Shown: one piece after another, positions 1-9,700 of the stretch
Layout: every line of letters starts with the position of its first letter
How positions within the stretch are numbered: position 1 is the stretch's first letter
Assembly (NCBI GenBank): GCA_021399395.1
Contig: JAAFKJ010000163.1
Span: 1-37,369, forward strand
Length of the DNA stretch: 37,369 bases
Reading direction: 5' to 3'
Source: Candidatus Heimdallarchaeota archaeon
GTDB lineage: Archaea; Asgardarchaeota; Heimdallarchaeia; Heimdallarchaeales; Heimdallarchaeaceae
Made by a program: the position numbers and the translations under genes
Notes under the pieces: generated by a model
Databases searched by the model: none
The model's input: only the letters and a program-made list of their open reading frames with translations
Told to the model about the DNA's origin: nothing

Positions 1-474
1 AGTTATTCTGTTAGAAGTGAATCTCGAAATCAAGATTCTAGAGTGATAAGAGCTGTTTTGGAACCTATTTTAATAGACTATGGAGTGGATCTAGTTTTTT
101 CAGGACATGATCATTACTATTATAGAACCACAAGAAACGGCATTGTTCATATTACCACCGGTGGAGCAGGTGCACCTCTTTATACTCCTATTGCAACTGA
201 ATATGCTATTGCAGGAGATAAGTACTTCGCAGAACATCACTATTGTAATGTGTCGGTTACAGACGATAAACTTACAATTACAGTTTTGATGTATGATGAA
301 AATCTAGAATATACTACAGTTGAAGATACAATAGAATTCAATTTAAACGGTATAATAACTACAACTCCTACTCTAACAGAAGTTTCATACCTTTCAGGAT
401 TTCTAATCTTCTTGTTTATCATAACAATCTCTATTCAAAGAAAGAGAAAGGATAAAAAATTGTTTAAAATGTGA
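1..474 (+). CDS. Calcineurin-like metallophosphoesterase (purple acid phosphatase type), 3' part only, with C-terminal membrane anchor
   Basis: Frame is open from base 1 (SYSVRSESRNQDSRVIRAV...), so the gene starts left of the window. Motifs VDLVFSGHDHYY and ITTGGAGAPLY; ends in a hydrophobic helix plus RKRK. Confidence 0.85.
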   Translation, partial: SYSVRSESRNQDSRVIRAVLEPILIDYGVDLVFSGHDHYYYRTTRNGIVHITTGGAGAPLYTPIATEYAIAGDKYFAEHHYCNVSVTDDKLTITVLMYDENLEYTTVEDTIEFNLNGIITTTPTLTEVSYLSGFLIFLFIITISIQRKRKDKKLFKM

Positions 475-503
475 CAACACTCTAAACAATTTCTCTAATT
501 TTT

Positions 504-618
504 TTAAATGTTATCTTGGATGAATTGAGTTAACTTTGTGAAATAGTCTAATTCCAAATAAGCTTCTACATGTCCTCTTCCATCCACTCTCCAGAGTAAT
601 TTTGTGGTACCTGGTATT
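504..618 (-). pseudogene. 3' remnant of an alpha/beta hydrolase gene
   Basis: Minus frame reads IPGTTKLLWRVDGRGHVEAYLELDYFTKLTQFIQDNI*, matching the catalytic-His end of alpha/beta hydrolases (LWxVxGxGH...Y...F). No ATG before an upstream in-frame TGA. Confidence 0.6.
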
Positions 619-621
619 TTT

Positions 622-654
622 GATCCATTTCCGCTTAGTAGCAGTCCGATTTGA
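622..654 (+). pseudogene. Extreme 3' remnant of a beta-helix (NosD-like) gene
   Basis: Reads DPFPLSSSPI*, matching the ends of the three intact paralogues (DPYPLVSNPLS*, DPYPLVTNPLE*, DPYPLITNPL*). Confidence 0.5.
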
Positions 655-674
655 ATGGTGTTAGAGCTATCTCA

Positions 675-720
675 TTGTCTCAGAAATGTCACAAAAACTT
701 ATCAAATGAATATTAATAAG
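675..720 (+). promoter_or_regulatory. Promoter of regulator 1: 11-bp phased direct repeats plus weak TATA box
   Basis: TTGTCTCAGAA (675), ATGTCACAAAA (686), weak ACTTATCAAAT (697), then TTAATAAG at 713. Confidence 0.6.
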
Positions 721-748
721 TAACTCAAATATAATTCAAATGAGTAGA

Positions 749-772
749 ATTTCAAGGGAAATTCTTTTGAAC
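749..772 (+). promoter_or_regulatory. Conserved palindrome or leader hairpin upstream of regulator 1
   Basis: ATTTCAAGGGAAATTCTTTTGAAC; 20/24 identical to 11123-11146; TTCAA...TTGAA arms. Confidence 0.55.
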
Positions 773-791
773 GTTTGTGAGATTCATAGAG

Positions 792-1820
792 ATGGTGCAG
801 AGAAGAAACATTACTTTAATTGGTTTGTTGATTTTTACTACTTTCCTATTGCAGAATCCAAATGATCAACTTAGACTCTACGGCCTGAATGATCCAGTAG
901 ATTCTTCCGATAATCTTCTCTCTGACTCAATTATAATGAAATCTCACATAATTCAAATAGATATTCAATCATCTGACAAAGTATTTGTAACTGAAGTCTG
1001 TAATGTTGAGAATCAACTCAATTTCTCCATTTCAACAATGAATCTTTGGATGAATCACTCTTGCAGTAATATTACCGTACAAGATGGTTCAGGGGAATTA
1101 GATTATGATGTTCTAATTCAAACAACTTCCTTTTGTCAATTGACATTCGATTTCAATCAAGCACTAAACACAAATGAGTCAACAGTTTTCTATATCTCCT
1201 ATAATTTGGATTTGATGCCTCTTTACGAAGATGTATCAGAATATTATTATTTTGAGTATTCCTCCACTATAAATTTCTACACTCTCAAGCATTACCTATC
1301 AATTAAACTGCCTGAGAATAGCTATATCCATGAGGAAGCTGGGTTGACATCTGTATATCCTACTAACTATACACAGAGTGTTGCAGGTAAAAGTCTGATA
1401 TTATCATGGACTTTGAATGATCTTATACCTTCCATAAATCCAATCTACATTGTAAGATTTGACCCTCCTTCGCTTGAACAATCTAATCTTCCTGTATGGG
1501 CTTTTATTGTGGGACCAATTGTTGGAATATCCATAGGTGTTGTAAGTACATATTTCCTCATGAGACGTAAAGAAGGAAAATCAATCAAAGATATGGGGGT
1601 ATTATTTTTGAATGAATCTCAAAAAATTCTTCTTGGGATAATAAACGATGTAGGTGGTAAAATTGCTCAAAGTGATTTAGGTAGAAAAGCTGATTTCACA
1701 AGAGCTAAGACATCAAGGAATCTCTTACTTCTTGAAGAACAAGGATTAGTGAGAAAGGAAAAATGGGGGAGAAATGCAATAGTCTATCTCACAAAAGCAG
1801 GGGAGAAAGTGATTGAATGA
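792..1820 (+). CDS. Membrane-anchored winged-HTH transcriptional regulator (signal/TM, beta-rich ectodomain, TM, C-terminal MarR-like wHTH; COG2512-like)
   Basis: N-terminal hydrophobic segment, TM helix VWAFIVGPIVGISIGVVSTYFLM followed by RRK, then IAQSDLGRKADFTRAKTSRNLLLLEEQGLVRKEKWGRNAIVYLT. Start is ATG 792 or GTG 777. Confidence 0.85.
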   Translation: MVQRRNITLIGLLIFTTFLLQNPNDQLRLYGLNDPVDSSDNLLSDSIIMKSHIIQIDIQSSDKVFVTEVCNVENQLNFSISTMNLWMNHSCSNITVQDGSGELDYDVLIQTTSFCQLTFDFNQALNTNESTVFYISYNLDLMPLYEDVSEYYYFEYSSTINFYTLKHYLSIKLPENSYIHEEAGLTSVYPTNYTQSVAGKSLILSWTLNDLIPSINPIYIVRFDPPSLEQSNLPVWAFIVGPIVGISIGVVSTYFLMRRKEGKSIKDMGVLFLNESQKILLGIINDVGGKIAQSDLGRKADFTRAKTSRNLLLLEEQGLVRKEKWGRNAIVYLTKAGEKVIE

Positions 1821-1821
1821 T

Positions 1822-1878
1822 ATGTACTATAATTGTCAAAAAATTATCTCGAAATTCGCAAAAGAAACATCTCATAAA
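1822..1878 (+). promoter_or_regulatory. Promoter of beta-helix genes 1-2: four 11-bp phased repeats plus weak TATA box
   Basis: ATGTACTATAA (1822), TTGTCAAAAAA (1833), TTATCTCGAAA (1844), TTCGCAAAAGA (1855), then CTCATAAA at 1871. An AGGTGA RBS precedes ATG 1911. Confidence 0.6.
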
Positions 1879-1910
1879 CGAGAAGAACAAATGTAATAAT
1901 AGGTGAAAGT

Positions 1911-4289
1911 ATGAAAACTATCTGGAAATATTTAATTGGCGTTTTTGCAGGGTTGCTAGTTACTACAGCAATAATTGTACCTGTTTTGCTCTTAGAATTT
2001 GGTGAAGTCAATCCACCTTCTCATGATAACCTAGTAGAACACGACCCTATCACTATCTGGGGAAATGATGATTTTCTAGATTACGATTTTGCAGGAACCG
2101 GAACACAAAATGATCCCTATATAATCGAGTTTCTAAACATCACTTCTATCACTTCATATGCAATTTACATCTTTGGAACTAACGCTCATTTTGTAATTCT
2201 AAATTGCTTACTTAGTTCTTCACATTCCGAAGGAACTTCTATTCATCTAGAGAATGTTTTCAAAGGAACTTCAACAGTTTTCAATAACACCATCATCAAT
2301 ACCTTCAGAGGAGTGGTGCTATCTAATACTGATTCTTGTGATGTTAATCAAAATTCATTCGAATTTTGTCGATTTGCTATATCTCTATCTTCATCTGATG
2401 ATTCAGGTATTTTCAATAATACTTTTTACAATAGTAATACCAATTTCCTCTATCATATTGTCAGTTCTAGTTCAATAAGAATGAATCTCACATCAAATAC
2501 TTTTGATGGAGAAACAGGCCTAATCCAATTAGATTATTCTACAGATGCATATTTGATAAGAAACCAAATGAATAATGCTTCATTTTACCTAACATATTGT
2601 CAAAGAAGTTTAATCTCAAACAATACTGGAATCGATTTCAATATCCTTCTGTTATATTCTAGAGATACGAATATTACATTTAACGAAGGGGCGTATTTCT
2701 CCTCATTTCAATCACCATCCTCTAGATTAGAATACAACCAATTTGATGATTATTCCATTAGAGATACAAGTATTTCAGCTTATGATAGTTATATAGTTAA
2801 TTCAAATTTAGCGGGAGATGGGTACTTTGATATGATTGTGAGTGCTAATGCTTTAAATCTCACTGATTCTCTATTAACTGTTGCACAAATTTTACTCATA
2901 AATTGTACAGATATCTGGATATATGATGTTGATTCTTCATTTCAATATATCCAAATAGATCTTATCTATTGTTATAATATAGAGGTTGTAAATGTCAGTA
3001 CTGAGATTTATCTTTATGCTCAAGAATGTAATAATATTTCTGCACGCAATAATGGATTAATGCATATTTACTTCACATTATCTCAAAATCTTTCCATAAT
3101 AAATAATTCTTTTTCTGATACAGATATATATTGCTCACAATCAGATAATTTGGAAGTAACAGGTAATGATTTCATAAATAGTGAAATTTCTTTTATTGAA
3201 ACTGAGAACTCGTATGTTGCAAATAATTACTTCTTCGATGGTCATATTGATTCATTCTTAAACCTGAATATTTCTATTCTCTCAAATCTGTTTGAAGTTT
3301 GTGAATATGGACTTACAGATAGCCATTCAACTGAAATATATATAGAAAATAATATTTTCACTGAAGTTTATGATGTTGGCCCTCGCATATTTTCATCAGA
3401 GAGTTTTTCTTTCAAAAACAATTCAATTTCTGGGGAAAATTGTGGTCTAAACTTCTATGGTGGTGTAGGTTCATATGGGGCTTTAGCTTTATCTAATAAT
3501 ACAGTAAACTCCAAGCCATTGGGTTTTATTGTTGATCAAAATAATCTGACACTAACTAACATGACGTACGGACAATTAATCATATTGAACTGTAACAATA
3601 TTGCGATAGAAGATATAACTATTACAAATACAAGTGTAGGAATTTTCATCTATAAATCAAATTATGTAAATGTAACAAATACTATAGTTGATAATTGTTA
3701 TAATGGCTTTGTCTTAACTCAATCTGAATATTGTATCATATCTGAAATATCCATTTCTGATTGTTCTAACATAGGATTGTATGTTCTTGGAGATTCAACT
3801 CAAGCTCATCTCTCTGGTTCTACATACACCAGAAATGTCGTAGGGGTTTACATCTCTTCCTCAGATTTATGTGTTATCGAAAATAATACTCTCTATAATA
3901 ATGGTGATGGCTTAAGAATTTATTATTCTGATTACGTTATAACCCATAATAATACCTTCATAGGAAATACTAATAGAGGATTGCAGCTTTCAGGAATGAA
4001 TCAAGGATGTAATGTTACTTACAATCTATTTCAAGATAATATTGGATATGCTATTGAAATCTCTACAACTTCAACATCTCATTTCATACATCATAATGCA
4101 TTCATAGGTAATAATCTTGAAGGAACATCTCAAGCTCTAGATCGAGCAGGAGAGAGTATCTGGTACGATGATTTATCCTCTGAGGGGAATTTTTGGGATG
4201 ACTGGTCAGGTAGTGGAAGTTATCAGATAGATTGGCAGACAGTTAGTGTTGTTGATCCTTATCCTCTAGTAAGCAATCCTCTAAGTTAA
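1911..4289 (+). CDS. Membrane-anchored right-handed parallel beta-helix (NosD/CASH-type) surface protein
   Basis: Single N-terminal TM helix, GTGTQNDPYII motif, many Asn-rich PbH1-type repeats, C-terminal GNFWDDW...DPYPL, many N-x-S/T sequons. Confidence 0.9.
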   Translation: MKTIWKYLIGVFAGLLVTTAIIVPVLLLEFGEVNPPSHDNLVEHDPITIWGNDDFLDYDFAGTGTQNDPYIIEFLNITSITSYAIYIFGTNAHFVILNCLLSSSHSEGTSIHLENVFKGTSTVFNNTIINTFRGVVLSNTDSCDVNQNSFEFCRFAISLSSSDDSGIFNNTFYNSNTNFLYHIVSSSSIRMNLTSNTFDGETGLIQLDYSTDAYLIRNQMNNASFYLTYCQRSLISNNTGIDFNILLLYSRDTNITFNEGAYFSSFQSPSSRLEYNQFDDYSIRDTSISAYDSYIVNSNLAGDGYFDMIVSANALNLTDSLLTVAQILLINCTDIWIYDVDSSFQYIQIDLIYCYNIEVVNVSTEIYLYAQECNNISARNNGLMHIYFTLSQNLSIINNSFSDTDIYCSQSDNLEVTGNDFINSEISFIETENSYVANNYFFDGHIDSFLNLNISILSNLFEVCEYGLTDSHSTEIYIENNIFTEVYDVGPRIFSSESFSFKNNSISGENCGLNFYGGVGSYGALALSNNTVNSKPLGFIVDQNNLTLTNMTYGQLIILNCNNIAIEDITITNTSVGIFIYKSNYVNVTNTIVDNCYNGFVLTQSEYCIISEISISDCSNIGLYVLGDSTQAHLSGSTYTRNVVGVYISSSDLCVIENNTLYNNGDGLRIYYSDYVITHNNTFIGNTNRGLQLSGMNQGCNVTYNLFQDNIGYAIEISTTSTSHFIHHNAFIGNNLEGTSQALDRAGESIWYDDLSSEGNFWDDWSGSGSYQIDWQTVSVVDPYPLVSNPLS

Positions 4290-4304
4290 AAAAAGTGGAA
4301 AAAC

Positions 4305-6683
4305 ATGAAAATCAACTGGAAGTATCTCATCAGTTTCTTCGTTGGATTAGTGATAATTTCAGCAGTTTTGATACCTGTTTTGTTGTATCAATTTGTGTAT
4401 TTTCAAGGAGATTATACAGGACATGATCCAATTGTAATCGAATGCGATGAAGATTTCCTCAAATATAAATTCAAAGGTACTGGAAGTATAGAAAATCCCT
4501 TTGTAATTGAAGAACTAAACATTACAACAGTAGATAATTATGCGATTCTCATAACCCATACAACACTTCATTTCATAATTCAAAATTGCTTTTTGAAAAC
4601 TATGATTGAAACTTGGCATGCCTACTGCTATCCAGTTGGTTTTTCTATTTCTTTGTCTGAGATAGAAGATTCTACAGTTACAATACGCAATAACACTTTA
4701 TCTGGATATCACTCGGGACTCTCTGTAGAGTATGTGAATGGTTGTAAGATTCTTAACAACAGATTTGAAGAGTGCGATATTTCTGTGAGTTTGGCTCATG
4801 CTGATAACACTCTGATAACTGGAAATACTTTTCAAGATGTTCATAAGTATTATCGAACCTATGTAGATGCTAAAGATGCTAACAATTTAACATTGACACA
4901 AAATCATTTTAGTGGCTCTCGAGGAAACATCGTTTTAAGCGGAAGTAGCGAATCGTTTGTTGGAAGAAATATTATGAACAATGTTTCTTTTTCAGCTTAC
5001 TCTTCTAAATTAACCCTTACAAATAATACAGGGCAAAGTCTTACTGTTGCAATCGTAGGTTCAAATGAATCTATCATAGTTTTCAATGAGGGATCTAATT
5101 TCAGAATTATTGGTTCCCCTCACTCTCGAATCGAATACAACCATTTTGATGATTATTCTATTGAAGATCAGTCTGTAGAGAATTACTTGACTTATATTGT
5201 TAATTCTAATACCTGCTCAGACGGTTTATTTGATTTAATCATAAATAATAATTCAATTGATCTCAGCACGATTCTACCGCTATATTCTCAAGTTATTTAT
5301 GTCAATTGTTCAAATATCTGGCTAAATAATTACTCGGATTCATCAAAGATTGCTAAATTCGATTTCATTTATTGCCTTGATATTGGTATCTTAAACAATG
5401 ATGTTTTGCTTGAACTTGATTTTCAAGAAAGCGAGAACATAACTGCATCTCAGAATTCTATTTCACAACTAAAAATACAGTATTCAGGTGATATGACATT
5501 CTTCAGCAATACATTCTCAGAAACAGAAATTACTTGCGAATATACATATGATCTGGAATTTCTGGAAAATTATTTCTATCAAAATTCATTGTATTTAGAT
5601 GATTGTGTAAATGTTTCAATAACTGAGAACTTAGTATTTAATGGGCTGATTAAAGGGCATGGAAACTCGAATTACTCTGTTCTTTCGAATGATTTTGTTA
5701 TGTGTGAAAAAGGTCTATTTCTGTCAGACTCACTTGATGTTATATTCTCTGATAACAAATTTGATGATATTTATGGTTCAGGTCCTACAATGTTTGAAAA
5801 TGAAAATTTCATCTTTAATAATAATTCAATTAATGGTGTTCAATGTGGTTTCTATTTCGGTGTAAGACCCCATGAGTATTTACCCCAAGTAACTAATAAT
5901 TTCGTAAATTCAAAACCTCTAGGATATTATGTAAATCAAAATAATTTAACAGTGGAGGGACTATCTTTTGGACAATTAATAATAAGCAACTGCAGTTCGA
6001 TTATAGTAAAAGACATCACGATTTCTAATACAAGATCTGGTTTATCTGTTTTCTATTCAGAAAATATATCTATTGAGAACTTATCCGTAAGTTCCTGTGA
6101 TGATGGAATTTGGGTAAGAAGCTCTGAGAATCTTAGAATTTCAGATTCTCAACTATCTAGTTGTTCATCTAGTGGGATCACCATTGGAAGCGTTGATAAT
6201 GTCTCAGTATCTAATAATACTTGTGATCAAAATTGGGTTGGTATGTCACTCTCTTCTGCCGATTTCGTCCTTATTACCAATAATACCTTCATGAGAAATT
6301 ATTACGGACTGAGTATTCACTATAATGATTACGTTCTAGTCCAAAATAATTCCTTTATAGAAAATTCTAACATAGGAATATATCTTGATGGGACTGATGA
6401 CTGCAGTTTTGTTTTTAATTTATTCCTCAACAACACTGGATATGCAATGTATGCTAATCGTTTTTCAGAAGGAAATTCAATTCACCATAATGCGTTTATA
6501 GATAACAATCTAGAAGGTTCTTCCCAAGCTTTCGATTGGGAAGGGTTAAACAACTGGGCTGATTATGGAACTCTGGAAGGTAATTTTTGGAATACGTGGT
6601 CAGGCACAGGAAGTTATCAAATAGATTGGATCACCGAGAACGTGGAAGACCCTTATCCTCTTGTTACAAACCCTCTAGAGTGA
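4305..6683 (+). CDS. Membrane-anchored right-handed parallel beta-helix (NosD/CASH-type) surface protein, tandem paralogue
   Basis: Same architecture and same length (792 aa) as 1911..4289; starts 15 nt after it. Confidence 0.9.
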   Translation: MKINWKYLISFFVGLVIISAVLIPVLLYQFVYFQGDYTGHDPIVIECDEDFLKYKFKGTGSIENPFVIEELNITTVDNYAILITHTTLHFIIQNCFLKTMIETWHAYCYPVGFSISLSEIEDSTVTIRNNTLSGYHSGLSVEYVNGCKILNNRFEECDISVSLAHADNTLITGNTFQDVHKYYRTYVDAKDANNLTLTQNHFSGSRGNIVLSGSSESFVGRNIMNNVSFSAYSSKLTLTNNTGQSLTVAIVGSNESIIVFNEGSNFRIIGSPHSRIEYNHFDDYSIEDQSVENYLTYIVNSNTCSDGLFDLIINNNSIDLSTILPLYSQVIYVNCSNIWLNNYSDSSKIAKFDFIYCLDIGILNNDVLLELDFQESENITASQNSISQLKIQYSGDMTFFSNTFSETEITCEYTYDLEFLENYFYQNSLYLDDCVNVSITENLVFNGLIKGHGNSNYSVLSNDFVMCEKGLFLSDSLDVIFSDNKFDDIYGSGPTMFENENFIFNNNSINGVQCGFYFGVRPHEYLPQVTNNFVNSKPLGYYVNQNNLTVEGLSFGQLIISNCSSIIVKDITISNTRSGLSVFYSENISIENLSVSSCDDGIWVRSSENLRISDSQLSSCSSSGITIGSVDNVSVSNNTCDQNWVGMSLSSADFVLITNNTFMRNYYGLSIHYNDYVLVQNNSFIENSNIGIYLDGTDDCSFVFNLFLNNTGYAMYANRFSEGNSIHHNAFIDNNLEGSSQAFDWEGLNNWADYGTLEGNFWNTWSGTGSYQIDWITENVEDPYPLVTNPLE

Positions 6684-6786
6684 TTTTTAAAGACTTTTTC
6701 CATTTTTTCATAATTGTTAATGAGGAAGTTTTTTAAATAATTGTTTATTTCTTCAAACACTACATTGTATCTATCAAATCTATAAG

Positions 6787-9700
6787 GTGTTCAATATAAC
6801 TACAGAGTACATAGGGGTAAACATCGGTTCTGTATCCGTTAACTTAGTTTCTCTTGATGAAAAGGGTAAGGCTTCCATCGCCAAACATCCTCATTTAGGG
6901 AAACCTGAAGAAGTTCTAGAAAAAATGATTAAAGAACAAGTTAGTTCAGAAAAGAGATTCTTTGATGTAAGCGGGTCTTTTGGTGAAATTTCAGAAATTG
7001 TTGCAATAGAGAAAGGTATCAGTTCTTATGATGAGAAATTTGATATTGTGGTTTCACTTGGTGGTGAATCCTTTGTATTATATGTTCTTGATGAAAAAGG
7101 ATACATAGTAAACGTTCTTTCACATGATAAGTGTGCAGCTGGAAGTGGAGAATTCTTCATTCAACAGATTGATAGATTGGACGTAACTTTATCTGAAGCA
7201 ATAGATTTAGCTAAAAAAGGGAAGAAAATCGAGCTTGCTTCTCGTTGCTCTGTTCATTGTAAATCTGATGTTACACATAAACTAAATCGTGGTGAAGCAT
7301 CCATTGAGGATATTCTAACATCAGTTCTCGCAAGTATGGTTAGTAAGGTCATGGGGTTAATTACTCAATCTCGAGTTGAACTGAAGAGACTACTACTGAT
7401 AGGTGGGATCTCTCTTAACGATGCATTTGTGAAATTGCTTCGAGAAGAATTAGATGGTGTAGAAGTTGTTATTAAAGACGTTAGTTCTGTTTTCGAAGCT
7501 TATGGTACTGCTTTGATAGTCCAAGAATCACCACTACATGACAATTACAAGTTAATTACAACTAAAACTTTTACACAACTACCTTCTCTAGAACAATTTA
7601 GTGACCAAGTAACAATTATTGAAGCTAAAGAAAACAAAAAGGATTTTGATAAAAACTTATCTCTAATATTAGGAGTAGATGTAGGATCTACAACTACCAA
7701 AGCAATATTACTCGATCCTGTAGATAATGCAGTTGTTGCATCCTATTATGGCCGAACTAGTGGAAATCCTGTCGAAGCAACTAAAAAATGTATTCAAGAA
7801 TTAATTGATCAAGCAGGAAATTGCAAAGTAAATTTAGTAGGTGTTACAGGTTCAGGGAGACAAATAGTTGGTGCTTATCTTGGTACATCAGCTGTTTATA
7901 ATGAAATTTCTGCTCACTCTAAAGGAGCAGTATATTATGATGAAGAAGTCGATACTATTTTCGAAATAGGTGGGCAAGATTCTAAGTACATGTTTCTACA
8001 AAATGGTGTTCCAGTAGACTATGCAATGAATGCTAGCTGTTCAGCTGGAACAGGATCTTTCTTGGAAGAAAGTTCGAAAGGAGATCTTGGAATACATGTT
8101 TTTGATATTTCAGATGTAGCTATGAAAGCAGATAGTCCAGTAAGATTCAAAGCAGATTGTGCTGCATTTATCAACACTGATATTCGTACAGCAGCTCAAG
8201 AAGGATATGAACCCGATAATATAGTAGGCGGGTTAGTTTATTCCATTGCCGATAATTATCTGAATAAAGTTAAAGGACTAAGACCTGTTGGACAAAAAAT
8301 CTTTTTCCAAGGGGGAGTTGCAAAAAACAATGCTGTTGGATATGCCTTCGCTCAGGCAACTGGAAAGAAAATTATTATCCCTCCAAATCCAGAGTTAATT
8401 GGAGCTTTTGGTATCTCGTTGATTGCTAAATCTAAATACGAACAACACGAAATCATAGGCATGTCTGAGCATACCTCTCTTGAATCACTCATCAAAGAAA
8501 AAATGAAACATTCAGGAAGTTTTACTTGCAAAGCATGTAAAAATTATTGTCAAATTGAAAGATATGAAGTGGGTGGTAGAAAATTCCCATTTGGAGGAAG
8601 ATGTTCTAGATATGAACATCAGTGGAGAGGTTCGGATAAAACAGAAGAAAAAGAGGATTTGGTTCTTATCCGAAATGATCTTTTATTCGGTATCAATTCT
8701 GGAACTGAAAAGAAGAAACCTACTCATAATGAAAGAATAGGAATTCCACGAGCACTACTTACTCATTCTCTTTATCCTTTATATTCAACATTTTTTGAAG
8801 AACTAGGCTATGAAATCATCCTTTCAGGGATCGATGATGATAAAGAATTGATGACAAATGCTTCATTTTGTTATCCAGTACAAATTTTACATGGAGCAGT
8901 TTTAGATTTGGTTAAGAACAAAGTAACTACTGTGTTTTTACCTCATGTTCATTCCGGGACAACAGGAAAAGATTGGAGAGATTCAACTTTTTGTCCTCTA
9001 ACTCAAGCTAGTCCTTATTTCATATCACAAGCTTTCAAAGAACTAGAATTTTTGAGTCCTGTTTTAGATTTTAGACAAGGTTACGAAAACAATAATGCTC
9101 TTGTAAAAATGGCTGTAGAAAAGCTTGATATTCCCAAGAATATTGCTAACAAAGCATATCATAAAGCAATAACTGCTCAAAAACAGATCGAAGATAAATT
9201 TTTGGAGAAGGGGAAGGAAACTTTGGACAAACTCAGAGATTCTGGTGAGATAGGGATTTTATTAGTGGGAAGAAGTTACAACGCTTTTCCACCAGAGACG
9301 TCCCAATTAATACCTAAGAAACTAGCTAGTATGGGAGTCACTGTTATTCCTTTTGATTTCCTGGGTAAAGATTCTGCCGAAGACTTTCCTTGGTTCTTTG
9401 CTAACTACGCACAAAAAGCTCTAGAACTAGCTCAGGAATATGATAATCTGTTCATACTTTATATTAACAGTTTTAGCTGTACAATCGATGCTTTTGTTCA
9501 AAATCATATGAGAAATGAGATGAAATCTAAACCTTATCTGATCTTAGAACTAGATGCACATTCAGCTGATGCTGGAATACAAACCAGACTAGAAGCTTTT
9601 CTTGAAATAATCAAGAATTTCCAAGTAACCAAGAAGAAAACAGAAGTTAAACCATTCCAAATAACTAAAGTGAAAAAGAGGAGTGGAAAAATCGTTGTGA

